Shown one piece after another: positions 51,488 to 64,000 of a DNA stretch of 64,000 bases (position 1 is the first letter of the stretch; each line of letters begins with the position of its first letter). This stretch comes from Octopus sinensis. Its lineage: Eukaryota. The translations under genes were made by a program, and so were the position numbers. The stretch lies in contig NC_043007.1 in NCBI RefSeq assembly GCF_006345805.1, positions 42,284,001 to 42,348,000 on the forward strand, in the 5' to 3' direction. The notes beneath the pieces are model-generated. The model was given only the letters and a program-made list of their open reading frames with translations. It had not been told where the DNA came from and did not search any database.

Positions 51488-52216
51488 TATATTATATCTT
51501 AAAACAACTTACTAGTCTAACCTATGTAAAAAGAACTCATTTATGTGTATTACAGAAATAAACAGAAAAGTTACAACAAAAGCACTTCCTTTTACAAAAT
51601 GGACTGGATTAGCAGGATTAATGCATATTATGTTGCATAAACCTTATGTAAAGTACAAGAAAATAACAATGGTACTGGTGTAGGAATAGTCCGCCCACTT
51701 TTGAGACTACATTTAGGCGAGCAACTTTACAATGTTTCACAATTTTTCTTATAGTACATCTCTATTCTGACAGATCAAACTAAGAACAGGATAAATTTTA
51801 GTCCTTCTATATGTTATTTTTTAATTATTTTTTTTCTCATGTCTTAGTCAAGGGAAGAAAGATGGTGCCCATGACTATTTTTTTTATTTAGACTTTTCTC
51901 ATTTACTAAGTAGCTAAGTTCATGTTTGATACAAAGGAACATAATTCAATGCCTAAAAAATACAAATAAATTAGCTTTGACACATTGATTTATACTTGTG
52001 TGTGAGTGTGTTTGTGAGAGAGAGGGGAAGGAGGGACGACCTCCCTTCTTACCTCTCCAGAATGTCAAACCTCTGGAATTCGTCCAGATCAAATCAAAAT
52101 AAAAACAATAGCACATCAAAATATCAAGTTAGCTTCAGACTTGAGACCTGTACCAAATTCTTGCAACTAAGTCAGACTTCATTAATGACATGTCTTAAAG
52201 ATGTGATAATGTATGA

Positions 52217-52488
52217 CAGTGGTTCTCAACCAAGGTCAATATGACCCTGGCAAGGAGGGTGTCCATATAAGATTTTGTTGTTAAAAATTATCTGCAATAA
52301 ATTGGTTATATTTTTTCAGTACACAAAATATTTTTACATTTTTTTAATACAATTCTTAATAATATTTAACTGAAAATAAAAATCAATAGGCTCTTTTTAA
52401 ACATTAAATGGCTATGGGAGCAGTCTAGTTGAGTAAGATGAGAATCAAAGAGCTCTTTTTGGCAAAAAAATATAGTTGAGTACCACTG
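52217..52488. mobile_element. hAT-type MITE with perfect 8-bp TSD
   Basis: TIR cagtggttctcaac / gttgagtaccactg; ATGTATGA at 52209-52216 and 52489-52496. Confidence 0.92.
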
Positions 52489-54507
52489 ATGTATGACTTT
52501 AAGGTAAAGAATCTGTAATGAGGGAAGAGACTGTGTGGTGTATGTATCAGAAGTCTGATATTTTAAGGCCTGTGGAGGTAGAGAATTTTCATGAGACTGT
52601 CAGCTATCAGAGGTGTGATGTTGTTTGCAAAAGTAGGCTGACAATGACCCAAGAGACTATGGTGCGTTTGTTGTAATTGTGAGGAGTACATATGATCCTG
52701 TGGATGAGTAAAATCATTCAAGTAGAATGAGTATCTGTTTGCTTGTATGTATGTGTGTATTTTAGCTAAGAAAATGTCTGTGTATTAGAGATATTAATAC
52801 AGCAACCTGGGATAAGTACACTGGAATATATTTATGATGCTAACAAAGCTTATTTGTTTTGTTGTCTAGCTCCAGGTCAGCACTGATGACCAAACAATAT
52901 TCCAGTCATGACCAACCCATCTTTTATTTATTTATTTATTATGGTTCTTTCTCTCAACACTACTGTATCTTAGACTACATTATTCAATATCAATTTTTAA
53001 GATATCAGGGTGTGTTTGAAGGATGCTTGGTTGCTATTTCTAACAGATTGAGTGATTGCATAAATGCTCGTCTGCTGGTTTGTGTAAGTTAGGGTAGAGC
53101 TGTAGTTAGAATGTGTTAATGTGTGGAAATTAGGAAATAGGCCTGAAAAATCTGTTGCTGCAAACCAGTCAACCAGTGGTGGCTCATAGATAAAATTAGT
53201 GGGGGTGCTGCTTCAGAAAGTTTTTAGCTGTTGTTTTGACATTGAGTAAAAGGAAACGAACATATAAAAAGAAAATTTATACATAAACTTAATCAGATCA
53301 CATTTTAGCCACTGCTGTGTAGTGTGTTTAATTTGTTCACTGAACACTGCCTCAAATCCCCCCTTGTTTTTCAAAAATCCCCACTAAATCTCAAAATATG
53401 GGGGGGAAATTTGCCCTATTTTTCAAATCCTGGCAGCAACACTGAAGCTGAAAGCAGGATAATAATCTAATTCTACACTTTATCACATCCAAGAATATAA
53501 AGGTTTTTAAGCACAACACATGTGGAGTCAAAAAGAAACACTACCTTCCACCAGAACACCAGGGTCGGCACTGTCATTCATGCAGTGCTCTTTCTCCCTT
53601 GGTCATGTGAGCATGCACACAACAGCTAAACACGTTGCTGGAACTATGAAGTGCACAGTTCTGTACAAGGATTTTTTGTATTTTTTTCATAAACTGGGAG
53701 ATGGCTGCTGACATTAGGCTTAAGGATTATATAATGTACAAGTATAAAGAAAGAATTAGAGAAAAAAAGGACTTATTATGTTGAATGTTATCAATAATAT
53801 CGAGTGGAAATGGGGGGTACTGCTGTTTCACAGTGCCTATACATGAGTAATAATAGTTTGACATTTCATTTCTGATGTTACAGGGTTTCATAAAGAATGT
53901 TCACTGAATGTTGACTGTTGTCAGTCTTTTTTACTTTACTTATGTAATGATTTGATATTGAAAATTACAGTACAAGGCTTTTCTGTGCAAGAATCTATAT
54001 TTTCACACTCTCATTGGTATGAGTTTTGAAATCCTTGGTTGTTGTTTCTTTATGAATTTTTTATCTTAACATTCTGCTACCCATTTCAGTAAACAACCAA
54101 CTTCCTGAGGAAAAGAGTCAGTTTAAACATAGTCTGCTTATATTGACAGTTGGTTTAAGCTCATGTTCCATCTTTATTTATTCATTGGACAAGAGAAAAT
54201 ACCAGAGAATATCCTTCACACCACCAACAGTGTTGTTTTCTAGCAAAGACATTCAATATTCAGTAGCTTGTTCCATTTAATAGTAAAGGAGGTTGTTGTT
54301 GTAGTTTAACTTCAGATCAAACCCAACTGAACTTAACTGTAATCAAAAGCATTATCTTTTTGTATGTCAAGAACTACCCTGGCCAATAATGTATTATTAC
54401 TTTTTAAACTTTAATAGGGCATGATCTCAGGAATTTCTGGCTGCTATTTTTAACTTGCCCAGCAACTGTGTAGAGGTTTCTAGGTTTCTGTGTTGAGGAG
54501 GTAAAAT

Positions 54508-54790
54508 AAACAATTGCAGCGTGAAAGGTGTTTATAAGCCATTTAAGAAACACACAAAATCCATTAGATTCACTTCAACATTTAAATTTGATTTGTCAAA
54601 ATATTTTCGTTGCTTTGAGACCATGACCTGTTCACTGACAAAATTCCATGCAACACGTGCTGCACTGAATTTGTCAGTGAACAACAACAAAAATATTTTG
54701 ACAAATCAAATTTAAATGTTGAAGTGAATCTAATGGATTTTGTGTGTTTCTTAAATGGCTTATAAACACCTTCCACGCTGCAATTGTTTT
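54508..54790. repeat. ~285-bp near-perfect palindrome (fold-back element)
   Basis: The two strands give near-identical ORFs (54521+ / 54776-). Arms pair to a centre tgcaacacgtgctgca; one ~16-nt bulge. Confidence 0.93.
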
Positions 54791-57700
54791 ATTCCAATAC
54801 ACAATCTCAGATCAGGTCACTTGCTATGCAAGATCATCTCTGTAATTCCGAAAGCTTGAGGATGTAAAATACTTTACAGTAAATAGCAAGGTGGTGTAAT
54901 GGTGATGGTGCAAACAAATCTAACCAGCAACTGGAGTGTTGGCTTCATAAATCCTTATTAAACTGCTGTCACATTCTAGAGGGACAGTAATTTCTTTCAG
55001 TTGCATAATATTCCCAAATGTTGGGATACGCTCCCAATATACTTCAACTCAGCACGGATAAAAAAGTTTGTGATGACATGCTGTTTCCAAATTAGGGTTA
55101 GTCATCTTTCTCTCCCTCCACAACTACGGTAATATTCCCAGTTCTACAAAACTACCAGAATATATATATATATATATATAGTTAATCCAAACATGAACAA
55201 AGAGAAAACGCAACAACGTGAGGACGTGGAACAAGTATAGTATTATTGGACGCTCAGGAAAGGAATATATATTTATATATATACACACACAGAGCACAGA
55301 TGAATCTAATCCTGTTGACCACCTGATGACTGGGATTTTAACCTATTGTCACAGTTAAATTGGGTAGAAAAGTCGAACAGTGCTTCAGGTTTTAGCTGCG
55401 TGGGATAATTTTGTTGATTATGTTCTCTCTCTCTCTCTCTCTCTCCAATGTCTGCATTCTCCTAAATGGCTTAGTGTGTTTTTGATGTTGGGCAGTTGGC
55501 CTTGTGTTTATTTACGGCAACAATTAGCGAGGGAAAAGAGAGAAATGAAACATTAGGAAATAACACGGTGGTATCTTTTGTTCTGTTGGTAATTATCCGA
55601 TAACTAATATGTCCATGTACTTCTGTCTAGAATGAATGAGTCTTCAGTGTAAAAGATTACATTTTCTGAGAGGAATCCCATTCTTAACAGATTGAAAGCA
55701 GTTATTGTCTATTCTTCCAAGAAATACGTGACAAATAGTTTGCTTTCTGTTTCAATTGCTGTGGTATAAAGATTGGTTGGGATTAGTATCAAAGCCTGTA
55801 CAAATTGTTGCTATTGTTGTTGTTTTCATCCTTGTATGGGTGGGATAGTTGTATGTATTTTGATACAGTTCTCTATATAAACCTTCTGCCTGTTGATAAA
55901 ATATGACACTCTTATCCATATTATGGATATCAATATCAGATCAATTTATCACTTTACCCCTTAATCCACACCATTATTAAATCATACACATATGCACCTA
56001 CCTTCACTGTCATCATTTCCATTTATGGAAATCTCTCCTCTTCTTGTATGGGCTGGATGGGTCTGTAGTGTGACATACTGCCACTCATTTCAATCATGTA
56101 ATAACAAGCGGAGCCTCTCCATGGTCATTCTATCTGCTAGATGTAACAGCCAGATCTCCTTCAACTCACAGGAGCCTCTCCATGGTCATTCTATCTGTTA
56201 GATGTAGCAGCCAATTCTCCTTCAAATCACACCTTACTGACTTAGAGTAGAGAAGGTTGCATTGGCTAATATGGTCTTGGATACACTATCTGAATAAGAG
56301 ACAGAGGAGTTGCACCTGGAATGCTGAGCCATTGCTAACCTGGGGTTATAAGATAATCCTTTGTCATCTAATTTGTGAGACCCAATATTCCGAGATTTCA
56401 TTATTTTTTTCAGAATATTTTTTTTGTTTCTTTGTCTTTCTTCTGTCACAAACAGTCTCTACTATAAGTATTCACTGCTTCATCAAGTAGTACTGATTAT
56501 CCATTCACATAGCACATCTATTATAATGCAGTTGTGTCTTCTCTGCATATGCCAGCTGTTATTTTTAATACCCAGCTGTTTTTTTTTTCAACATATTTGC
56601 ACTCTACTTGCCTTCCTTTCATGCAATTTAATGTTGCATATCTGGTGAATCATACTTAACTGTCAACCCAACGAAGGAGCTCCTATGCAATTGTGCAAAT
56701 TGCTGGAAATAACAGCCAAATCTCCTCAAGCCACATCCAACCATCTGAAAAAATATGGAAGGAAGGATATATTGAACAATGTAATGTACAAGCTGATGGA
56801 GCTAAACAACAACAGCTTAACTGATTTATCTTCTGCCTCTGCAGATTTTCTCTATTCAATGTCATTGTCTCACTGCCAAGCAGTATCACAACTCTTTGCA
56901 CCAGACCCAAATAGTCTGAATTTTGCATGAAGGATGCAACCTTTTGTTGATTTATTTTTTCTTATATATTTTGAGGATACATGGCTTAGTGGTTAAGGTG
57001 TTGCACTCACAATCATGAGATCATGGTTTTAATTCCCAGACTGAATGGTGTGTTGTGTTCTTGAGCAAAACACTTCATTTCATATTGTTCTGGTCCATTC
57101 AGCTGCAAATGAGTAACTTTGCAATGGACTGACATCCCATTTAGGGAGGAAGGCAAGATCTTGGTCCCTTATACACCATAGGCCTACCTACCTAGCCTGT
57201 GGGGTGGCATTATTTGAAATCTACAAGAATGTGAGGAAGCACATTGGGACCAGTGGTGTATAACAACATCCAATAACCTGGTTAACTCTATGGTATAGTT
57301 TTGTACACTCTGACACACCTTTAGCACCATCTCACATTTCCAACCATGGTAGCCATGTATCTCTTCTACAAGACACCAGTACCAGTCCTTCTATCATGTT
57401 TTAACCTCTCATCACCTGGCATAAAGCCACCTCACCATCTCCTTTAATATTATGCACCCTCGGTTGAGAGTCTTTTCTTGCAAGTTATGTGGTGATATCA
57501 CTAGTACCTGTGCAATATAAAGAAAGTACTTGGTATACTCTGTAAAGTAGGTGGTGTTGAGAAAGGTATCTAACCTCAGAAACTATGCCAAAGCAGACAT
57601 TGGAGCCTAGTGCAGTCCTCTGGCTTGCCAGCTCATGTCAAACCATTGCAACCCTTGTCAGCATGGAAAGTAAACATTAAATGATGATGATAATGATGAA

Positions 57701-59865
57701 TCATAGTATCATTGGGTACAAGTTTCTAATAGAGTCAATAGCAGGATTCCTGATATTTCAAATGGGAAGAGTGGCAAAGGAGTGTTTGTGTAATTTGAGC
57801 TGAAAAAAAACACCTCAAAGAAATTCACATGGTTTTTCTCAACATATTTACCTCTTTCATATATATATATACATGACTAAAATATACAAATTTATATAGA
57901 TGTTGGCATTTTTATGTAGTTTTCAAATGTTCTGCGCAACACTTAGGTAAATGTCTTCTTCTATAGCCCGAAATTGACCAATATCTTGAGTGAAATATGG
58001 TAGATGCAAGCAGTGGAAACCTATTATATGCAGTGCGTGTGCATACATGCACATATTTATACCTGAATGCATGCATGCCCATGAGTGTTTAGAGTTTTAT
58101 AATTGTTTTGATAAATTGGATTCATTCCCCATACTGAAAGGCTTTATACAGTTGACATTGGTCTGAAATATCCATTGATGAGACTGAAATAATTGTTAGA
58201 CTCACTTGTAAGTACAGTAGAACAGCATTAACTGTACAAAACCTTTAGGTATGAGGAAATATCTAAACATAATTATAACACTCTACAGTCTAGTCTATTG
58301 AGTACATGTTGATTTTGTATCAAAACACAATCAAGCATAGCTCTTTACACTCACACACACATGAATAAATATGTCTATTTGTTGTCGTGTTATGGTATGA
58401 TGAGAAAGGCCTAAAGCCAACATTTATAAATTTTATTGTTTAACCTCAAGTCAACCTTTACATGATCAGATCTGTGATCAAAGCTGTTCTAGCTACAACC
58501 ATTTCATCTTTTTTTATCATATACTGTGTATCCTAAACTACATTATCTGATACTTTCTTGTTTTAAAATGGTAGCGTTTGAGTTAAGGGAAATTTAGCTG
58601 TTATTTCTAGAAAGCTGAATGATCATCTACAGACTCCTTCATGGCTGATGTGGTGACCCTGTAGAAACTACCTTGTTGATCTGTTTGTTTATTTTTCCTA
58701 TATAAGACCAACAGAAACAGTATTTACTAAACCCATCCTTTTGTAATTCCACAGTAGATTAATAATCCCATTGCAAGAAATGTCATTTTTTTTTCTTTCT
58801 GTGATGTTACTGTACCTTGTGAATAACTGAAAAGTTTATGTCTTTGGTTTATTTTTATTTCCGTTTTCCTTATAATCATCACACTTATTGTAACTGAATA
58901 TTGAAGTTTATCCCAGCCATCTATGTGATAGATGGATGAGAGAAAATATTACTCCAAGATGGGATAATAGTTTATTGTAGGTTTTGCTCCTAAGCACACC
59001 TGGGGCCCTTTCTTTAAGCTACCACTTTTACCTATGCAGGATTAGTGGGATTTTACATGTTAAATATTTTATGACAAGACAGAATTCCGATCTTTTGCAT
59101 CTGTTAATATTTTTCTTCTTTTCTTTTTTTAATCTATGAGCGGTTTTGAACCCAGAACTGCAAAACTTGCATTATACAATGTTCCCACAACAGTGATTTG
59201 TATATTCCTTTATGGTTTCTGATTACAGAGTTTTTAACCCTTGCTCTTAATGAAAAGCAAAGGTTAAAAACACTGTAAAAAAAAATGAATGCTGAACTCT
59301 TGAGGGTTAAATGTCTTGATAAGGAATATAATTTTCTGCCAGTAACTGGATACACACCAATGCTCTCTCAATGAGTAAACTGATAGATTACTGATTTGAC
59401 CTGTTAACTCATACCTGTGATATATGATTTAAAAACCTAAAAGATTTAATGCAGCATTTCAATCTCATTAATAGAAAAGTCCTGAAAAGTATAACTTTGT
59501 CAAAGCAATTTTTGATTAGTTATGAGTATTCATTTAATCAAAAATCTTATTACATCAGATTTTTTTGCCATTTTATATCCATCATTGTCTCTCATCTCTT
59601 CCCTCACTTTAATATCATCAACATTGTTTATGTTTCTGGTACCATATTACTCAATTACCAGATTGTACCTGCTCTGTTGCTAATTTACAAGAAATCTTTC
59701 TCAGAGAAAGCTTCAACACTTGATGTCTGTTTGATTATGAACAGCCAATATTATTTCAGGCTTTTCTAACACCACTCAAATTCTCATCAGTTGTATATGC
59801 AAGCACACACATACACGCGTGTGCACACACATAAATATATGTCCCATAATAGCATTAAGCATTAA

Positions 59866-60069
59866 CCCTTTTGCTACCACGTTTGTTGAAACACATTACC
59901 TTTGTTTAAATTTATTTTGAAAATAGTCAAGAATTTAATAAAAATAGCTTTCACTATTAAATTTGGAATACAAATTAACAAAATTTTGATAGGTTTTTCG
60001 ATCACTTTAAACAGGAAGTTTGTGCCAAAGAACCCAGGTCAGTCTTGGACATTGTTGGTATCAAAAGGG
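59866..60069. mobile_element. TTAA-flanked piggyBac-like MITE, family B-like
   Basis: TTAA at 59862-59865 and 60070-60073; TIR cccttttg(c/a)tacc. Confidence 0.88.
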
Positions 60070-60232
60070 TTAATTAATAATTATTAATAACAGTGTGAAA
60101 CAATATACATTGTAAACAAAAATTTGAGACTGAAAAGAATATTTTATATGTGTGTCCCTCTTAAATTTTCAGTTATAGATTATTCTCTAGGAAGCACATT
60201 TAACAGAAATGCAACTTTCATTTCTCTTTCAG

Positions 60233-60292
60233 CAAAGAAATTTCAAACAGAAGATCATTGCCCTGCTACGAAGGTTCAAAGCCTCGGAGGAA
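60233..60292 (+). CDS. PACS2: Phosphofurin acidic cluster sorting protein (PACS-1/PACS-2 family), internal exon
   Basis: tttctctttcag|60 nt|gtaagt encodes QRNFKQKIIALLRRFKASEE, matching human PACS-2 [20 protein letters not shown] as recalled; phase 0 to phase 0. Confidence 0.92.
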
Positions 60293-61089
60293 GTAAGTTA
60301 ATCTTTATATTACTTTCTCATTATTTCCTACCTGTCTTCATTACTTGCATATGTCATTAGCTCTGTCTTTCTCTAGGTATTTGTTGTTGTTTTTTTTTTT
60401 GTGGTAGTGGTGGTGGTGGGGGATGATTTTTATCTGCTGGAGATGTGGTTGCTGAAACAGGCATATCACAGACGCAGTGTATCTTGTATACAATATTTCT
60501 TGAATATGGCTTATTGCTTTATCTGATTTAGTCGTAGATGGTAGACTTCATCCATTGCTTAATGTAACACCACCTCCTGACCTTTGAATATCTTTAATGG
60601 CATCTACTCTTTTGCAAGCATACTTCTGTCAGGTAGTAATCCATGAGTTGTAGTTTATTCCTCCTTCTCCCTCTATCAATCTCAGAGATCCTGCAGTAAA
60701 ATCACAGGCTTCGCCCTTTTTTTTTTATGCCTTGAAAAAGACAAAGAAGTCTACATCACTAATTCAAATAGGTTTTGATGGAGCAGTTGGTTCTAGGAAG
60801 GAGGACATCAAGCTACCAGATCAATAAAAGAAAGTTTCTGTAAAGTCAGAATTTGATTTTTTTCTCTCTTAGCAAAAATAAAGGGAGGGGCAGTTCTCAT
60901 AAACTTTTCATACCTTCTCAAACTGGTGAGATTTGAGTGGTTTGTAGTCATTATAAACATCTGTTAACATCTGCAGGAAACTTGTTGGGAATACACTACA
61001 CTGCACTACAGCACTACAGAATAAACTGCACTACATCAGTTTACACAAAGGACATAGCTGATTATACTTTGAGAAAATCATTTACCTCT

Positions 61090-62480
61090 ACAAATTAGAT
61101 AGCATTTACCCACCACTGTAACTCCTGCAAGACCATTGTCCATAATGAAATGAATGTCCTCATGCATTGCACAACAGCAAGCCTTTTGCTAACCAAATAC
61201 CAGCTAACCCTTTTGGTACCCTGCCATAAGGATCTCTCTACTAATTTTCCAAAATCCTCCTTTTCAACACTTAACTGTGATGCTTTTGTAAAATCTACTC
61301 TCACTGAAAAGCCTCTACATTACCTGTCCACTTTGCATCCAACTCCACTCTACATGCTCTTAGTAAATCTCCTTCAAACTATTCCTCTCCACTCCCCTAG
61401 ACTCATCATTACATAATTTATAATGTTCCAAATGTGAAAACACCCCCAGTCTCTTCACACAAACACCGTCACCAGACCTCACAACGTTTCCTCCTTTATC
61501 CTCAAACAATGTTCCCCTCGAATTTGTCCATATCCTCAAAAAAATTCTTCAGTCTCCCTCACTCTACAAGGATATATCCCAGTCTTTGCAAATGTGTTAC
61601 AGTGTCTCATTCCTGAACTCTTCATCCTATGGCACTTTACTCTTATCTTCTGAAAGGTGAAGATAACCATTAACAACCACCATCTCTAGCTCCTTGAACT
61701 TTTCTTCCACCTTGATAACTAGAGTACAGCTTTCATAGAACCAGAGACCTACTCACTTGTGTCACTAGGTCTCTTGCCTTCAAGAAATTTGATGAAAACA
61801 GTATTGTTGCACTTGATATCAACAAAGCATTTGACTGTATCTAGCTCATAAATATCTTACCCGCCTATAAACTCCATCCATGTCTCATCTCTTGGATTAG
61901 AAGCTTTCTGACAGGTTGTATCAAGGTGTGTGCTGATGGGGCTCTCTCTGACTTGCCTCTATAAACTCGGTGAACTCCCATGGTTCAGTTTTGTCCCCAA
62001 CACCCTTCTCCAATACATGAATGGCTTACATATCATCACCTTCTGTAAAACCCTATACAATTGATACCACCCCAATGCAATTGATACCACTCTTCATTTC
62101 TCCATAACTTTCTGTACCTAAGCATCATCCACATGCATCCATTAACACCTCATGCCAAACCTACACAGACTTTATGAAGAGAAATTAACTGACATGAAGT
62201 CACTTTCCTGAATACTCCAACCTTTGGCCCATGGACATGATGTTTCCTCAATCTATCTTTTCTTTCACAACTACAATGGTCTCCACTCTTCAGAGCTGGT
62301 TGATCACATGTCACCTCTGCTTAGGCACTTCCACATCACTTGTCCCTCTTCTACTTGTCACTCATATGGTGTCCCTACCTCTAGCTTTGCACTCATCATG
62401 ACACTTGCTCTTTTCCCAGAGCTTCGTCTGTCTGTGAATTATTTCTTTGCCCATGTTAATTTACTACTATTTAAAAAGAA
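61090..62480 (+). mobile_element. Degenerate CR1/Jockey-like LINE reverse-transcriptase fragment in the PACS intron
   Basis: Peptides IVALDINKAFDCI*, LISWIRSFLTG, PHGSVLSPT correspond to RT motifs ALDISKAFD and PQGSVLSP; many stops and frameshifts. Confidence 0.8.
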
Positions 62481-63220
62481 TAGTGACTGTTTTGAGCTTG
62501 CCAGACTTGAAGGACCTACAAAGATCATGACCAGATTCCCTTTTTTCCAGAAGAAACCAATAAAATTTTAAAAGTATTGATGTTTTGGATAGAAGGGCTT
62601 TTGCTTAGTGTAAAATATTAAAAAAATGCATGATGAGAGAACAGATAGGTATGGTCAGTTGAGCCTGGCTGAAAGTAGTCTGGAATTTTACTGTTTTCAG
62701 AGGAGGAGAAGCTTAGTTGTAGAAAAACTAGATCTACTTTCAAACTGTTAGTTCCAGTGCTGGGATATAGGGTCAGGAATACAGCATTATACAACGCCAG
62801 AAACTGACAACAACATGTTGACTATTAAATTTTTAGTCAGGAGATGTATACTCCGTAGTAGTGATTTTCAAATTTTATGATCTTAAGCATACTAAAAAGG
62901 CCCTAAAAGTGTTACATCACACCATAAGCCATTGGAAATTTGTATTAATAAAACAAAGTATGTTAAAATTGTTGTAAAAAAGAGTTGGTTCACACATTGC
63001 ACTTTGCTGCAATGATTGCATGTGCTCTAGTTTGGTGCATTAAAAATTTGCATAAAAAAACTCATGGTGTTTACATAGCACAATGATTTTCAACAATTGT
63101 GCTATGTGTTTTCCTTGCACACACTCAACTTCAACACTTGATCTATTAATCTTTTGATTAATCAGTTAATCTACTTGGGATCCCTCTTTAGGTTCTTTTA
63201 TGCAAAATTGTCTGATTTAA

Positions 63221-63432
63221 TCCTTTAGCATTCAGATTAGTCTGTCAAATTTAATGCTTATTTATTCACATTGTTTTGTATTAACTATGCATTATCTTGT
63301 AACTTGGAGATTTTGATGAGATTATTGTTTATTTTTAGAATAATGTTGCAGGGTAGGTGTGAGAGGCTGAACCTGGCTGGTTTGAACGTAAAACAGGCAG
63401 AAAATTTGGCCCAGATCTGGTTAAAATGCTTA
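63221..63432 (-). mobile_element. TTAA-type MITE family A, reverse orientation
   Basis: ttaa|tcctttagcattcagatta...; aligns with 7313-7531. Confidence 0.75.
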
Positions 63433-63720
63433 TGCGAGAGCTTTTAGTTAAGTTGTGTTTCAAAACCCAGCTAATAATAGAGAAGTTATTTCAGTAAATT
63501 GCTCCAAATTCTGGATTATTTAAATATTGTTTGAAACACGTAGACAGGCATGTGTAGTTCACTTTGGGACCACTTGCTTCCAAGCTCAATTTCAACACAC
63601 ACTACCTTGGGCAAGTGTCCCATGATTGGAGGTTCTTTTAGAACATGGTTGGAGACATCAAGCAGAAAACATCTGCATTTTTGTCTGTTTAATTTTGATT
63701 TTTTTTCTTTTTTTATTCAG

Positions 63721-63872
63721 GCTTTAGACTCAGAAGCTGACCATGAACTGGTTGACCCAGACCACAATCCACATGATATTGAGGACCTTCTTGGGGATTT
63801 TGATGATCTAAGTGACAGTGGTCCTGAACTGGACACCCTTAGTGTCACATCTACCCCTAAACCACAGTTAAG
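63721..63872 (+). CDS. PACS2: PACS-1/PACS-2 family, next internal exon (middle region)
   Basis: ttttttattcag|152 nt|gtaatt encodes ALDSEADHELVDPDHNPHDIEDLLGDFDDLSDSGPELDTLSVTSTPKPQL(R), matching PACS SDSGP...STPKPKLR; in frame with exon 60233-60292; gene continues beyond the window. Confidence 0.93.
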
Positions 63873-64000
63873 GTAATTATACTCTTAAAGATTTCATTAG
63901 TATTATTGTTCTTAAGTATCTCTGATTATCCCTGTTTAAGCAAATCTTCAACATAGGTTTCTGATCAAATGTTTATGATGACCACCACCATCATCATCAG

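Noticed and set aside
2220-58640. Apparent strand bias of the tttggctgctatttctagcagg repeat family
   Set aside because: A count of about 9 plus versus 5 minus is not meaningfully different from even.

Overview
AT-rich, microsatellite-dense eukaryotic genomic DNA, almost all intronic/intergenic. The SINE/MITE families look like those I recall from Octopus (inference, not database-checked). The only securely identified gene is a PACS-1/PACS-2 family member on the + strand, with two coding exons near the right end (60233-60292, 63721-63872). Its conserved N-terminal exons were not recognisable in the 60 kb upstream. A CpG-retaining, promoter-like island lies at ~31.6-32.5 kb, and several weaker exon candidates of an unidentified minus-strand gene lie to its left. 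The rest is a repeat landscape: Tc1/mariner elements, TTAA-flanked and hAT MITEs, several SINE families (some in head-to-tail arrays), RTE, CR1/Jockey-like and R4/Dong-like LINE relics, Penelope-like remnants, a 2.8-kb TA-based satellite and a CA-based minisatellite. Nearly all ORFs in the supplied track are repeat artefacts. No rRNA, tRNA gene or CRISPR array was seen. No clearly novel biological system is demonstrable. The best leads are candidate recursive splice sites, a locally templated insertion, SINE stacking at ATT tails, long fold-backs and the unresolved PACS 5' structure. Repeat boundaries without a stated TSD/TIR are approximate.
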